37,299 nt of DNA. Origin: Candidatus Zixiibacteriota bacterium. GTDB lineage: Bacteria > RBG-13-66-14 > B26-G2 > WVWN01. The notes under the pieces are model-generated. The model worked only from the letters and a program-made list of their open reading frames with translations, was not told the origin of the DNA and did not search any database. The stretch lies in contig JASFLY010000025.1 in NCBI GenBank assembly GCA_050117845.1, forward strand, positions 1-37,299, in the 5' to 3' direction. A program made the position numbers and the translations under genes. This document shows, in pieces, positions 1-6,924 of this stretch (positions are counted from its first letter, which is position 1; each line of letters begins with the position of its first letter).

Positions 1-253
1 CCCAACATTTTCCGAAATCAATAGGAACCCGCGGCCTGAGGGCCCGACGTTTCCGGGCCCTCCCCCCAATATTTTCCTAAATCATGGTAACCGGCGGCCA
101 TTTTCCCGCGATATTTTCCTAAATCATGACAACCCGCCGCCGGAGAACCCGACCTTTCCGGGCCCTCCCCCCAACATTTTCCGAAATCAATAGGAACCCG
201 CGGCCTGAGGGCCCGACGTTTCCGGGCCTCGCCCCCAACATTTTCCTAAATCA
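1..253. repeat. Tandem array of ~63-64 bp units with core CCAAyATTTTCCkAAATCA (may continue past the window start)
   Basis: The core ATTTTCC(T/G)AAATCA starts at 7, 71, 113, 176 and 240. Segments 1-84 and 170-253 are near-identical (169-bp period). Confidence 0.9.
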
Positions 254-333
254 TGTGGCGTTTTCCGGGAAGGGGGACATGGAAAAACCGGCGGCTCGTC
301 GCCGCCGGTCGTCGTTACGTCAATAAGGCCCAG

Positions 334-876
334 CTACCAGGCGTAGCGCAGGCCCACCGCCCAGTGGAGGTACGGCCCGCCGTCGTCGCGGAACTCCTGC
401 CGGGCGCCCGCCTCCAGGAAAGGCACTATCTTGAGGTTCGGCGCGCGCAGGTCCACGCCCGGCCCGGCGAAGCTGTAAAAGCAGTCGTACTCGTCCGTGC
501 CGTACACGGTATTGCCTTCCCAGCCGCCGGCGTAATTCCATCCGCCGAAAGTCTTCACCTGGTCCACGCCGTGGAGGTATCCGGCCTCGGCGGCCACGTA
601 CGGCTTGACGCCGGGGTTCGCGTTGTGGGCCAGGAAGTACAGCCGCGTTGCCGCCGCCGCCACGAAGGAATCGCCGTCGTACTTTACCACCGGCCCCAGG
701 GCCACGCGGTCCGCGAAGACGTAATCGAAGCCGAGCGACGGGAAGACCTTCTCGCACCGTAACGACGCGGCCAGATTCGGAGGTTCGTCACAGCTTACTT
801 CTATACTCGGACTCGTTACGGCGCCGGCGCTTGCCGCCGCCGCGATCGTTATCAGTAGTATCGCTTTTTTCATCAT
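334..876 (-). CDS. Secreted protein, probable small outer-membrane beta-barrel
   Basis: Signal peptide MKKAILLITIAAAASAGA, amphipathic beta-strand pattern and aromatic C-terminus (GLRYAW). RBS AAGGAGG at 886-880. Confidence 0.65.
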   Translation of the reverse strand: MMKKAILLITIAAAASAGAVTSPSIEVSCDEPPNLAASLRCEKVFPSLGFDYVFADRVALGPVVKYDGDSFVAAAATRLYFLAHNANPGVKPYVAAEAGYLHGVDQVKTFGGWNYAGGWEGNTVYGTDEYDCFYSFAGPGVDLRAPNLKIVPFLEAGARQEFRDDGGPYLHWAVGLRYAW

Positions 877-898
877 GGGCCTCCTTTCCCACGCTTAT

Positions 899-927
899 AT
901 TGTACTCCGAAACGTCGCGAAAGGCAA
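899..927 (-). promoter_or_regulatory. Sigma70-type promoter for 334-876
   Basis: TTGCCT (927-922), 17-bp spacer, TACAAT (904-899). Confidence 0.55.
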
Positions 928-1009
928 ACGGGAAATCGCGTTATTTTCGCGGCACCGTCGCCCCGGCCACCATACTAAATAACCCGTGATTCCCCCCAGG
1001 AGTAATGGA

Positions 1010-1029
1010 CAGCGGGCTTAAGCCCGCTG
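1010..1029. repeat. Perfect 20-bp intergenic palindrome (REP-like)
   Basis: CAGCGGGCTTAAGCCCGCTG equals its own reverse complement and has no U-tract. Confidence 0.6.
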
Positions 1030-1092
1030 CCTAGTTGGGCCCGCGATGGGCAAGGCTACGGTCCAAACCACCGGCCACCCTGCCGTTTCGGC

Positions 1093-1121
1093 TTGACGAC
1101 TTCTTGCCGCTCCGGTATATT
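1093..1121 (+). promoter_or_regulatory. Sigma70-type promoter for small ORF 1151-1327
   Basis: TTGACG (1093-1098), 17-bp spacer, TATATT (1116-1121). Confidence 0.6.
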
Positions 1122-1150
1122 TAAGAATTGCGGAAGGCGAGTTAAAAACC

Positions 1151-1327
1151 ATGGACTTCTACGAAATGGATAAAATGTGGCACGACATCCGCGAAGAAAT
1201 CGCGAAGGAAACGGACGGGTTAACGCCCGAAGAACAAGTCGCCCGGGCCAAAAAGCAGGCCGAGGAATTCGGTAAAAAATACGGCTTGAAAACCGTCAAG
1301 ACCACCCGGCGCGGCTCCGATCAATAG
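1151..1327 (+). CDS. 58-aa charged helical small protein (absent from the ORF track), antitoxin-like
   Basis: Hand translation MDFYEMDKMWHDIREEIAKETDGLTPEEQVARAKKQAEEFGKKYGLKTVKTTRRGSDQ*. It has its own promoter upstream. Confidence 0.6.
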   Translation: MDFYEMDKMWHDIREEIAKETDGLTPEEQVARAKKQAEEFGKKYGLKTVKTTRRGSDQ

Positions 1328-1350
1328 CAAACCCCCTCGCCCCCGCCCCC

Positions 1351-1433
1351 CCCAACATTTTCCTAAATCATGGTAACCGGCCACCGGAGAGCCTGGTATT
1401 CCCGGGCCTTCCGCCCAATATTTTCCTAAATCA
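1351..1433. repeat. Second cluster of the CCAAyATTTTCCTAAATCA repeat (2 cores)
   Basis: Cores at 1357 and 1420, 63 bp apart. The sequence after the first core (TGGTAACCGG) matches 85-94. Confidence 0.85.
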
Positions 1434-1472
1434 TTAAAAAACCGCCCCGGGGGCCCAACGCGAAATTAGGCC

Positions 1473-1503
1473 TTGACTCTCCCCCGACGGGAGGGTTTAT
1501 ACT
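1473..1503 (+). promoter_or_regulatory. MerR-type promoter/operator (19-bp spacer with dyad)
   Basis: TTGACT (1473-1478), 19-bp spacer, TATACT (1498-1503). The dyad ACTCTCCC-ccgac-GGGAGGGT (1476-1496) overlaps the -35 and spacer. Confidence 0.85.
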
Positions 1504-1568
1504 GGCGGCGGAAGCTTCCCGAACCACCGCAAGGCCAACGCACGCGTGCGACAGAGAGGTCAACCCTT

Positions 1569-2381
1569 ATGTTTAAAATAGGCGAATTCTCGAAGCTGAG
1601 CCGGGTACCCGTGAAGACGCTGCGCTACTACGACGAGGTGGGCCTGCTCAGGCCCGCCGACGTAGACCGCTTCACGGGGTACCGCCGCTATCACGCCACC
1701 CAGCTCCCCCGCCTCAACCGTATCCTGGCGCTGCGCGACCTGGGCTTCTCGCTGGAGGAGATATCGACGCTCCTCGCGGCCGAGTTGCCGGTCGACGAGA
1801 TGCGCCGGATGCTCGAGGCCAAGCGGCTCGAGTTGGAGAACCGGGCGCGGGAGGAGCAGGAACGGCTGGCGCGGGTGGAGGCGCGGCTCAAGCTCCTCGA
1901 GCAGGAGGATACGATGGGCAATTACGACGTGGTAATTAAGAAGGTGGAGGACGTACGGGCGGCGACCTGCCGCGGCATAATCCCGACCTACGCCGAACCG
2001 AAAGCTATCTGGGAAGAGCTGATGGGTTACCTGAAGCAGAACGGCGCCAGCTTCGCCGGCCCCTGCTTCGCGCTCTACCACGACCAGTGCTACAAGGAGA
2101 AGGACGTGGACGCCGAGGCCTGTCAGCCGATATCGGGAGACGTCCCGGAAACGGCCCGCATCAAGGTGCGGGAGCTGCCGGGCGGCGAGATGGCGAGTAC
2201 GATCCACAAGGGGCCTTACAGCGGCCTGAACGACTGCTACACCGCGGCGTTGAAGTGGATCGAACAGAACGGCTACCGCGTGGCCGGCCCCGACCGGGAG
2301 ATATACCTGGAGGGCGCCTGGACCACCGACGACCCGGAGCAGTACGTCACCGAGTTGCAGATTCCCGTTGAGAAGGCTTAA
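1569..2381 (+). CDS. MerR-family transcriptional regulator with C-terminal GyrI-like effector domain (BmrR/BltR type)
   Basis: FKIGEFSKLSRVPVKTLRYYDEVGLL HTH, coiled coil and GyrI-like C-terminus (HKGPY...REIY...TELQIPV). ATG 1569 follows RBS GAGAGGT. Confidence 0.93.
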   Translation: MFKIGEFSKLSRVPVKTLRYYDEVGLLRPADVDRFTGYRRYHATQLPRLNRILALRDLGFSLEEISTLLAAELPVDEMRRMLEAKRLELENRAREEQERLARVEARLKLLEQEDTMGNYDVVIKKVEDVRAATCRGIIPTYAEPKAIWEELMGYLKQNGASFAGPCFALYHDQCYKEKDVDAEACQPISGDVPETARIKVRELPGGEMASTIHKGPYSGLNDCYTAALKWIEQNGYRVAGPDREIYLEGAWTTDDPEQYVTELQIPVEKA

Positions 2382-2398
2382 GCGAAACGTAGGCTAAG

Positions 2399-2432
2399 GA
2401 AAAGGGCCGCCCCCGGGGGCGGCCCTCTTTTC
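2399..2432. terminator. Bidirectional intrinsic terminator
   Basis: AGGGCCGCCCC/GGGGCGGCCCT stem flanked by A- and T-tracts, lying between convergent genes. Confidence 0.8.
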
Positions 2433-2445
2433 TACGTCGAGTTAA

Positions 2446-2847
2446 TTATCCCTTATTATCTTGCGCCGCGACCAGCCGGAGCGCCGCGAAACCGAACAAC
2501 GCCAGGAACGCGAAACCGAACCCGAATATAACGTTAAACAGGACCTCGAATACGCCCTGGGCCATTATCGCCCCCGCGGTGGGACCCGCCGCCACGGCGG
2601 CGCGGTGGACGTTGACCATGCCGAGGAAGGTTCCGACGCTGCCGTTGAGCGCGCACACGAACCCGCTGATAAGCAGGACCCAGATCCGTTTCCCGAAAAG
2701 CCGACGCGCGGATTCCGGGCGGTTCTTCGACAACGCGGTTACGAAGCCCGAAATAATATGGGCTATTATCACGATCCCGGCCGCCAGGGAGATATAGGCC
2801 GGCACGCCGCCGAGGTGAAGCGCTTCGGTTAAACTTAGGTCGTTCAT
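2446..2847 (-). CDS. Small 3-TM membrane protein, MotA/TolQ/ExbB proton-channel-like
   Basis: GSVGTFLGMVNV...MAQGVFEVLFNVIFG resembles the ExbB/TolQ GLLGTVxGMI...IAxGIxEAL pattern. Confidence 0.55.
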   Translation of the reverse strand: MNDLSLTEALHLGGVPAYISLAAGIVIIAHIISGFVTALSKNRPESARRLFGKRIWVLLISGFVCALNGSVGTFLGMVNVHRAAVAAGPTAGAIMAQGVFEVLFNVIFGFGFAFLALFGFAALRLVAAQDNKG

Positions 2848-2881
2848 GGCCCGGTTCTCGGGTTATATCCCTTTAATTCGT

Positions 2882-3103
2882 CTATTTACGCAATAGGGCC
2901 CGCAAATCATCCCGCGTTAGGCCGCATTGTTTCATTATCCCGAGTAAAGTCCCCGGCGCCAGTTCATAATGGAGCGGTACGACGGTCTTATGTTCCCCTT
3001 TCTTGAGAGAAACGTGGCTACCGCGTTGGCGGACTTCCTCGAAACCGGCCTTCTTTAATAATTTAATCAAAGCCGCCCCGGATAATACCGGCAGCTTAGG
3101 CAC
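2882..3103 (-). CDS. hicA: HicA family toxin (mRNA interferase)
   Basis: LKKAGFEEVRQRGSHV...TVVPLH...GTLLGIMKQCGL. Overlaps the upstream hicB stop. Confidence 0.9.
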   Translation of the reverse strand: MPKLPVLSGAALIKLLKKAGFEEVRQRGSHVSLKKGEHKTVVPLHYELAPGTLLGIMKQCGLTRDDLRALLRK

Positions 3104-3317
3104 CTACGGCGACCTCCATTTGGTACATAAGAGCCGAGCCGGAACCTTCCGGTAGGTCCTCGTCGCCGAAACTCTCGATATATAAATCTACCGCTTCTTT
3201 AAGGTTTGCCTGGGCTTCCTCGACCGTCTCGCCCTGGCTCACGACGCCGAGTTCGATACACCGGGCTACGAACCACTTACCCTCTTGCGTTATTACGGCG
3301 TTGTATCTACGGAACAT
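3096..3317 (-). CDS. hicB: HicB family antitoxin (short, no DNA-binding domain)
   Basis: YNAVITQEGKWFVARCIELGVVSQGETVEEAQANLKEAVDLY. Gene order is hicB then hicA. RBS GGAGG. Confidence 0.9.
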   Translation of the reverse strand: MFRRYNAVITQEGKWFVARCIELGVVSQGETVEEAQANLKEAVDLYIESFGDEDLPEGSGSALMYQMEVAVGA

Positions 3318-3352
3318 CCTGTACCTCCGTGGTCAATAGCTTTCACCACGAT

Positions 3353-3381
3353 ATTATATCAGTACCGCCGACTCCGGTCAA
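3353..3381 (-). promoter_or_regulatory. Sigma70 promoter of hicBA
   Basis: TTGACC (3381-3376), 17-bp spacer, TATAAT (3358-3353) with extended -10 TG. Confidence 0.75.
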
Positions 3382-3439
3382 AACCGGCCGGGGTATCCTT
3401 ATCGATAACGTAACCGAGCCCGGCCGTCAACGCGGACCG

Positions 3440-4066
3440 CTACCGGAACAGCGCCCGGACCCGGCCCAGCGACGTCGGCGCGACCGCGTTGGCCTCGTAC
3501 GTTATCCGGAGGCGGTTCGTCTTGGTGGAAACCAACCCGGTAGTCCCGTTATATTCCAACGCGTACATCATCAGGTACGCGCCGCCGTCGTATCCCCACA
3601 CCGGCAGCGATATTCCCTCCGCCGTGTTCCGCCAATGCACCTCGACTATAAGGTTGTCGGCGTTGTTGTAGGGGAAGGCCGGCGAACAATCGATGGCGAA
3701 CCACTCGTCGATGACCGTGTTGAGGACCAGCGGATTCGCCGTGGCCACGACCGCGGGGGTACGGCCGCCGTAGTTGTCCGCGAAGTTCTCGGTGAGCGCC
3801 GAAAGCGGCGTATGGCTAAGCCGCATCTCGAACTCGCCGTAAGTGGCGCCGCTCGCGGTTTCGGCCCCGTGGTACTCCACGCGGGTTATATCGCCGTCGA
3901 AGTTAAGATCACTTTGCCGGGCCAACACCTGGACCCGGTACTCCATTCCTCAAGTGCCGCAGAACGGCAGCGTCATCGTTATTTCCTTGGTGCCGACGGT
4001 AACCTGGCCCGCGAGCGCGGCCGCCGCGAGCGCGAGGGTTCCGCCCAGGACAATTATTTTTCGCAT
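3440..4066 (-). CDS. Putative secreted selenoprotein, 208 aa, CxxU motif (in-frame TGA at 3952-3950)
   Basis: RBS GGAGGT (4078-4073), ATG 4066, signal peptide MRKIIVLGGTLALAAAALA, then ...LPF-C-G-T-TGA-G-MEYRVQ in frame with track ORF 3440-3946. A SECIS-like hairpin starts 11 nt after the TGA. Confidence 0.75.
3917..3938 (-). promoter_or_regulatory. Putative bacterial SECIS element
   Basis: CCGGG-U(bulge)-CCA-[GGUGU loop]-UGG-CCCGG, starting 11 nt 3' of the UGA. Confidence 0.7.
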
Positions 4067-4110
4067 ACTCGTACCTCCAGGCCGGCTCTCCGGCCGGTTA
4101 TTTTCCGCTG

Positions 4111-4869
4111 TTAACCCCCGTTATCCAAGTGCGTTTTTATATACGTCTTCGCCCTCGCCGTAATTTCCTTTTCCTCAAGGCCATTCGATAAACCCCTTAC
4201 CCTGTCATCCTCGTCCCGCGACGATTTGAAGTACTTACAAAAATGCTCCTCGTCTTTATTAGAAAATTGGCGAGTAGGGTGGGGTAACCGGTAAATATTC
4301 TCGAACTCCCTAATGTACATACCCCTTTTCTGAACGGTTTTCCCGATTAAAAAGACCGGCGTTCGGGACCAATCAGCGAAATCGTCCAACGCCTCGAACT
4401 CGCGCGATAACCACTTTAACCAACAATACTCATATGTACTCGGCGGTGGGTTCTTACCTCCCCCCTCGTTTTCACATTTATACAGGTTAGTAAAATACAC
4501 CGACGGGTTCGGTTCGTTTCGTAACACGGTATTACTTATAACGAATAATATTAGATGGTAATAGCGCCAATAATAGTCACGAGGTCTTTTTATTACGTGG
4601 TTTCGGAAGAAACCTTCGTAAAACGCCGAAACCGTAGTTCCCTTTTCCCCAGCTACTCCCAATTGTTTTTCTTCTTCATCCCGCGCAGGTCCGGGGTTCT
4701 GACCTATAACTACCGCGTTAACGCCCCCCGAACCGACGTTATAATTATGTAAGTAAATACTCCTTGGTATTATCCCGCGAGCTTTGTGCGTTTTCACGCC
4801 TTCGCACGCTTCCCCGCATCTCGCCAATTCGTCTACAATTCCCCTCGTCTGTTCTAGTAAATTCCGCAT
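4111..4869 (-). CDS. Divergent uracil-DNA glycosylase superfamily protein (AT-richer gene)
   Basis: Motifs VVIGQNPG, VYFTNLYKC and LPHPT, with four Cys placed like family-4 UDG Fe-S ligands. Composition is visibly more AT-rich than the neighbours. Confidence 0.65.
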   Translation of the reverse strand: MRNLLEQTRGIVDELARCGEACEGVKTHKARGIIPRSIYLHNYNVGSGGVNAVVIGQNPGPARDEEEKQLGVAGEKGTTVSAFYEGFFRNHVIKRPRDYYWRYYHLILFVISNTVLRNEPNPSVYFTNLYKCENEGGGKNPPPSTYEYCWLKWLSREFEALDDFADWSRTPVFLIGKTVQKRGMYIREFENIYRLPHPTRQFSNKDEEHFCKYFKSSRDEDDRVRGLSNGLEEKEITARAKTYIKTHLDNGG

Positions 4870-4911
4870 CTTTTCCCCCTTAATAGGTACTTGGTTAAAA
4901 AGTTTAGCTTA

Positions 4912-5136
4912 TCACACCTCAACCTCGACGGTCTGAAGGCCGACGAAATGAGGCAACGCCGCGGCGTCGACGTCTTCCCCCAACTCCTCCAGGCACAGCG
5001 TTACGACTTCCCGCAGGTTAAGTTGCAGCTCGTCGAGGCTCCCCGCCTGCGTATGGGCGCCGCGCAGGCCCGGGGCGGTGCCAACGTACAATCCCGTCGC
5101 GGGGTCGTACTCGACGTACGCGGTGAACGTTCTCAT
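4912..5136 (-). CDS. hicB: Orphan HicB family antitoxin
   Basis: MRTFTAYVEYDPATGLYVGTAPGLRGAHTQAGSLDELQLNLREVVTLCLEE. ATG 5136 follows AGAAGGA. No adjacent hicA. Confidence 0.8.
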   Translation of the reverse strand: MRTFTAYVEYDPATGLYVGTAPGLRGAHTQAGSLDELQLNLREVVTLCLEELGEDVDAAALPHFVGLQTVEVEV

Positions 5137-5169
5137 AGTATCCTTCTCCTTCACGGCCGCCCCGGGGGA

Positions 5170-6477
5170 TTACGTTCCCGGCCTTCTTTTGCCTTTCATC
5201 CCGGCGATCCATGCCAGGTATTTTTTTATACGGCCCTCGTCGCCGCGCTCCCCGGGTTCGTAGAAGCGTGCCGGTTCGGGCATGTACTCCTGGTCGACCC
5301 AGCCCCCCGGGAAATTGTGCGGATACTTGTAGTCCTCGTGGTCCGGGTCGCCCGTGCGGGGGACGTTGCGGAGCGGCAGCGGGACCTCCCGGGCCTTCCC
5401 CTCCTCGACCTCCTTCATCGCCCGGCCTATCGCCACCGTGGCGGTGTTGGACTTGGGCGCGGCCGCGAGGTAGATGGTGACGTGGCCCAGGACCAGCGGC
5501 ATCTCGGCATCGCCGATGGTCTCGGCGGCGCGGAAGGCGGCCTGCGCCAACAGCGCGGCCTTCGGGTCCGCCAACCCCACGTCCTCGGAGGCGAAGATGA
5601 CCATCCGCCGGGCGACGAAGCGCGGGTCCTCCCCGGCGGCCAGCATCCGGGCCAGCCAGTAGAGGGCGGCGTCCGGGTCGGAGCCGCGCATGGACTTGAT
5701 GTAGGCCGAGATGGTCTCGAAGTGGCCGGTGCCGTCGCGGTCGTAGAGGTAGTCCCGGCCTCCCGTGGCCTCGAGCGCCACTTCCTCGTCGATGACGCCG
5801 CCGGCGCCGACGATGAGCGCGGCGGCCTCGAGCGCGTTCATCACCCGCCGGCCGTCGCCCTCCGCGGCCCGGAGGATGTGGCCCCGGGCCTCCTCGGTAA
5901 GCGTCAACTCGAGTTCGCCCAGGCCCCGCTCCCGGTCGGCCAAGGCCCGGTCGGCCAGCGTGCCCAGGTCCTCGTCGGAGAGGGCGGAGAACCGGACGAT
6001 ACGGCTGCGGGAGCGAAGGGGCGGCGTCAGCGAGAAGTAGGGGTTGTGGACGGTCGCGCCCACCATGACGAAGACGCCGGCCTCGACGTGGGGCAAGAGG
6101 CCGTCCTGTTGGGTCTTGTTGAAGCGGTGCAGCTCGTCGATGAAGAGGAGCGTGCGCCGGCCCTCGAGGGTGCGACGCTGGCGGGCCCGCCCCACGACCG
6201 CGCGCAGCTCCGGCAGGCCGTCGGTCACGGCGTTAAGCGCCTCGAACTCGGCGCCGGTCATTTGGGAGATGACGTGGGCCAGCGTGGTCTTGCCGGTGCC
6301 GGGCGGCCCGTAGAGTACGAGCGACTGGAGGCGGTCCTCCTCCACGGCCCGCCGGAGGAACTTGCCCGGCGCCAGGACGTCCTCCTGGCCCACGAACTCG
6401 TCGAGCGAGCGAGGCCGCATCCGCACCGCGAGGGGCGCCCGGGCCCCGTCGTCCCCGTTAAATAACCCTTCGACCAC
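5170..6477 (-). CDS. rarA: Replication-associated recombination protein A (MgsA/RarA AAA+ ATPase)
   Basis: APLAVRMRPRSLDEFVGQ, Walker A GPPGTGKTT, FIDELHRFNKTQQD, ISAYIKSMRGSDPDAA, SEDVGLADP, YKYPH. Confidence 0.95.
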   Translation of the reverse strand: MVEGLFNGDDGARAPLAVRMRPRSLDEFVGQEDVLAPGKFLRRAVEEDRLQSLVLYGPPGTGKTTLAHVISQMTGAEFEALNAVTDGLPELRAVVGRARQRRTLEGRRTLLFIDELHRFNKTQQDGLLPHVEAGVFVMVGATVHNPYFSLTPPLRSRSRIVRFSALSDEDLGTLADRALADRERGLGELELTLTEEARGHILRAAEGDGRRVMNALEAAALIVGAGGVIDEEVALEATGGRDYLYDRDGTGHFETISAYIKSMRGSDPDAALYWLARMLAAGEDPRFVARRMVIFASEDVGLADPKAALLAQAAFRAAETIGDAEMPLVLGHVTIYLAAAPKSNTATVAIGRAMKEVEEGKAREVPLPLRNVPRTGDPDHEDYKYPHNFPGGWVDQEYMPEPARFYEPGERGDEGRIKKYLAWIAGMKGKRRPGT

Positions 6478-6594
6478 GCCTAATTATACCGGCCCCGGGG
6501 CTTCGGCGCAAATAAAAATCTGCACCGCCGTGACGGAAATTGACACAGTCGTCGGCTATACTTTAATCGGAAGTCGAACTCGAAGGAGACGTTT

Positions 6595-6774
6595 ATGGTT
6601 ACGATAGAAGGCGGTTCCGATTTGCTCGCCGACGGCGACCTCGACGTATCGGCGTACGACGGCATCGATTGCAACGAGGCGTTCCACGATTACCTCGCGA
6701 CGATAGCGAGCCTGCTCGACGGCTGGGAGCGGGTGCGAGACGGGATAGACGAAATGATGGAACCCGGGACCTAG
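6595..6774 (+). CDS. 59-aa highly acidic small protein (absent from the ORF track)
   Basis: MVTIEGGSDLLADGDLDVSAYDGIDCNEAFHDYLATIASLLDGWERVRDGIDEMMEPGT*. RBS AAGGAGA, and TTGACA (6540-6545)-16-TTTAAT upstream. Confidence 0.6.
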   Translation: MVTIEGGSDLLADGDLDVSAYDGIDCNEAFHDYLATIASLLDGWERVRDGIDEMMEPGT

Positions 6775-6924
6775 GCCGAACAGTTCCGGGCGTACGCGGC
6801 GCCGGCGCCCCGCGCCCTCCTCCCGCGGGGCGAGTATTTGCCCATCCGTTCCGGCGTTATGTTAGTATCCTGGCGGTAGCCCATCGTTTACCCACAGGAT
6901 TTCACCCACCATGGAGGAGGTACC

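Noticed and set aside
1..253. CRISPR array
   Set aside because: The inter-core sequences are homologous to each other, one long block is duplicated, the cores are short and degenerate, and there are no cas genes in the window.
126..326. 66-aa ORF
   Set aside because: It is a translation of the repeat array with no RBS and no recognisable protein features.
1473..1568. N-terminal extensions in the ORF track (merR; also rpmF, suhB, sulfatase-like gene, acpP, lipoprotein)
   Set aside because: They run through promoters or upstream genes. RBS position and family N-termini support the later starts.
3950..3952. Genome-wide TGA reassignment (Trp or Gly code)
   Set aside because: TGA ends conserved genes at their expected ends (for example fabD at 19885-19887) and Trp is encoded by TGG, so any read-through must be site-specific.
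3953..4066. Independent 38-aa ORF plus a separate 168-aa ORF
   Set aside because: This would separate a signal peptide from its domain, and the downstream ATG has GAGGA directly adjacent with no usable spacing. It is less parsimonious than read-through but not excluded.
2882..5136. Prophage or integrative element
   Set aside because: No integrase, transposase, att repeats or phage genes are visible; it is only an accessory gene patch.
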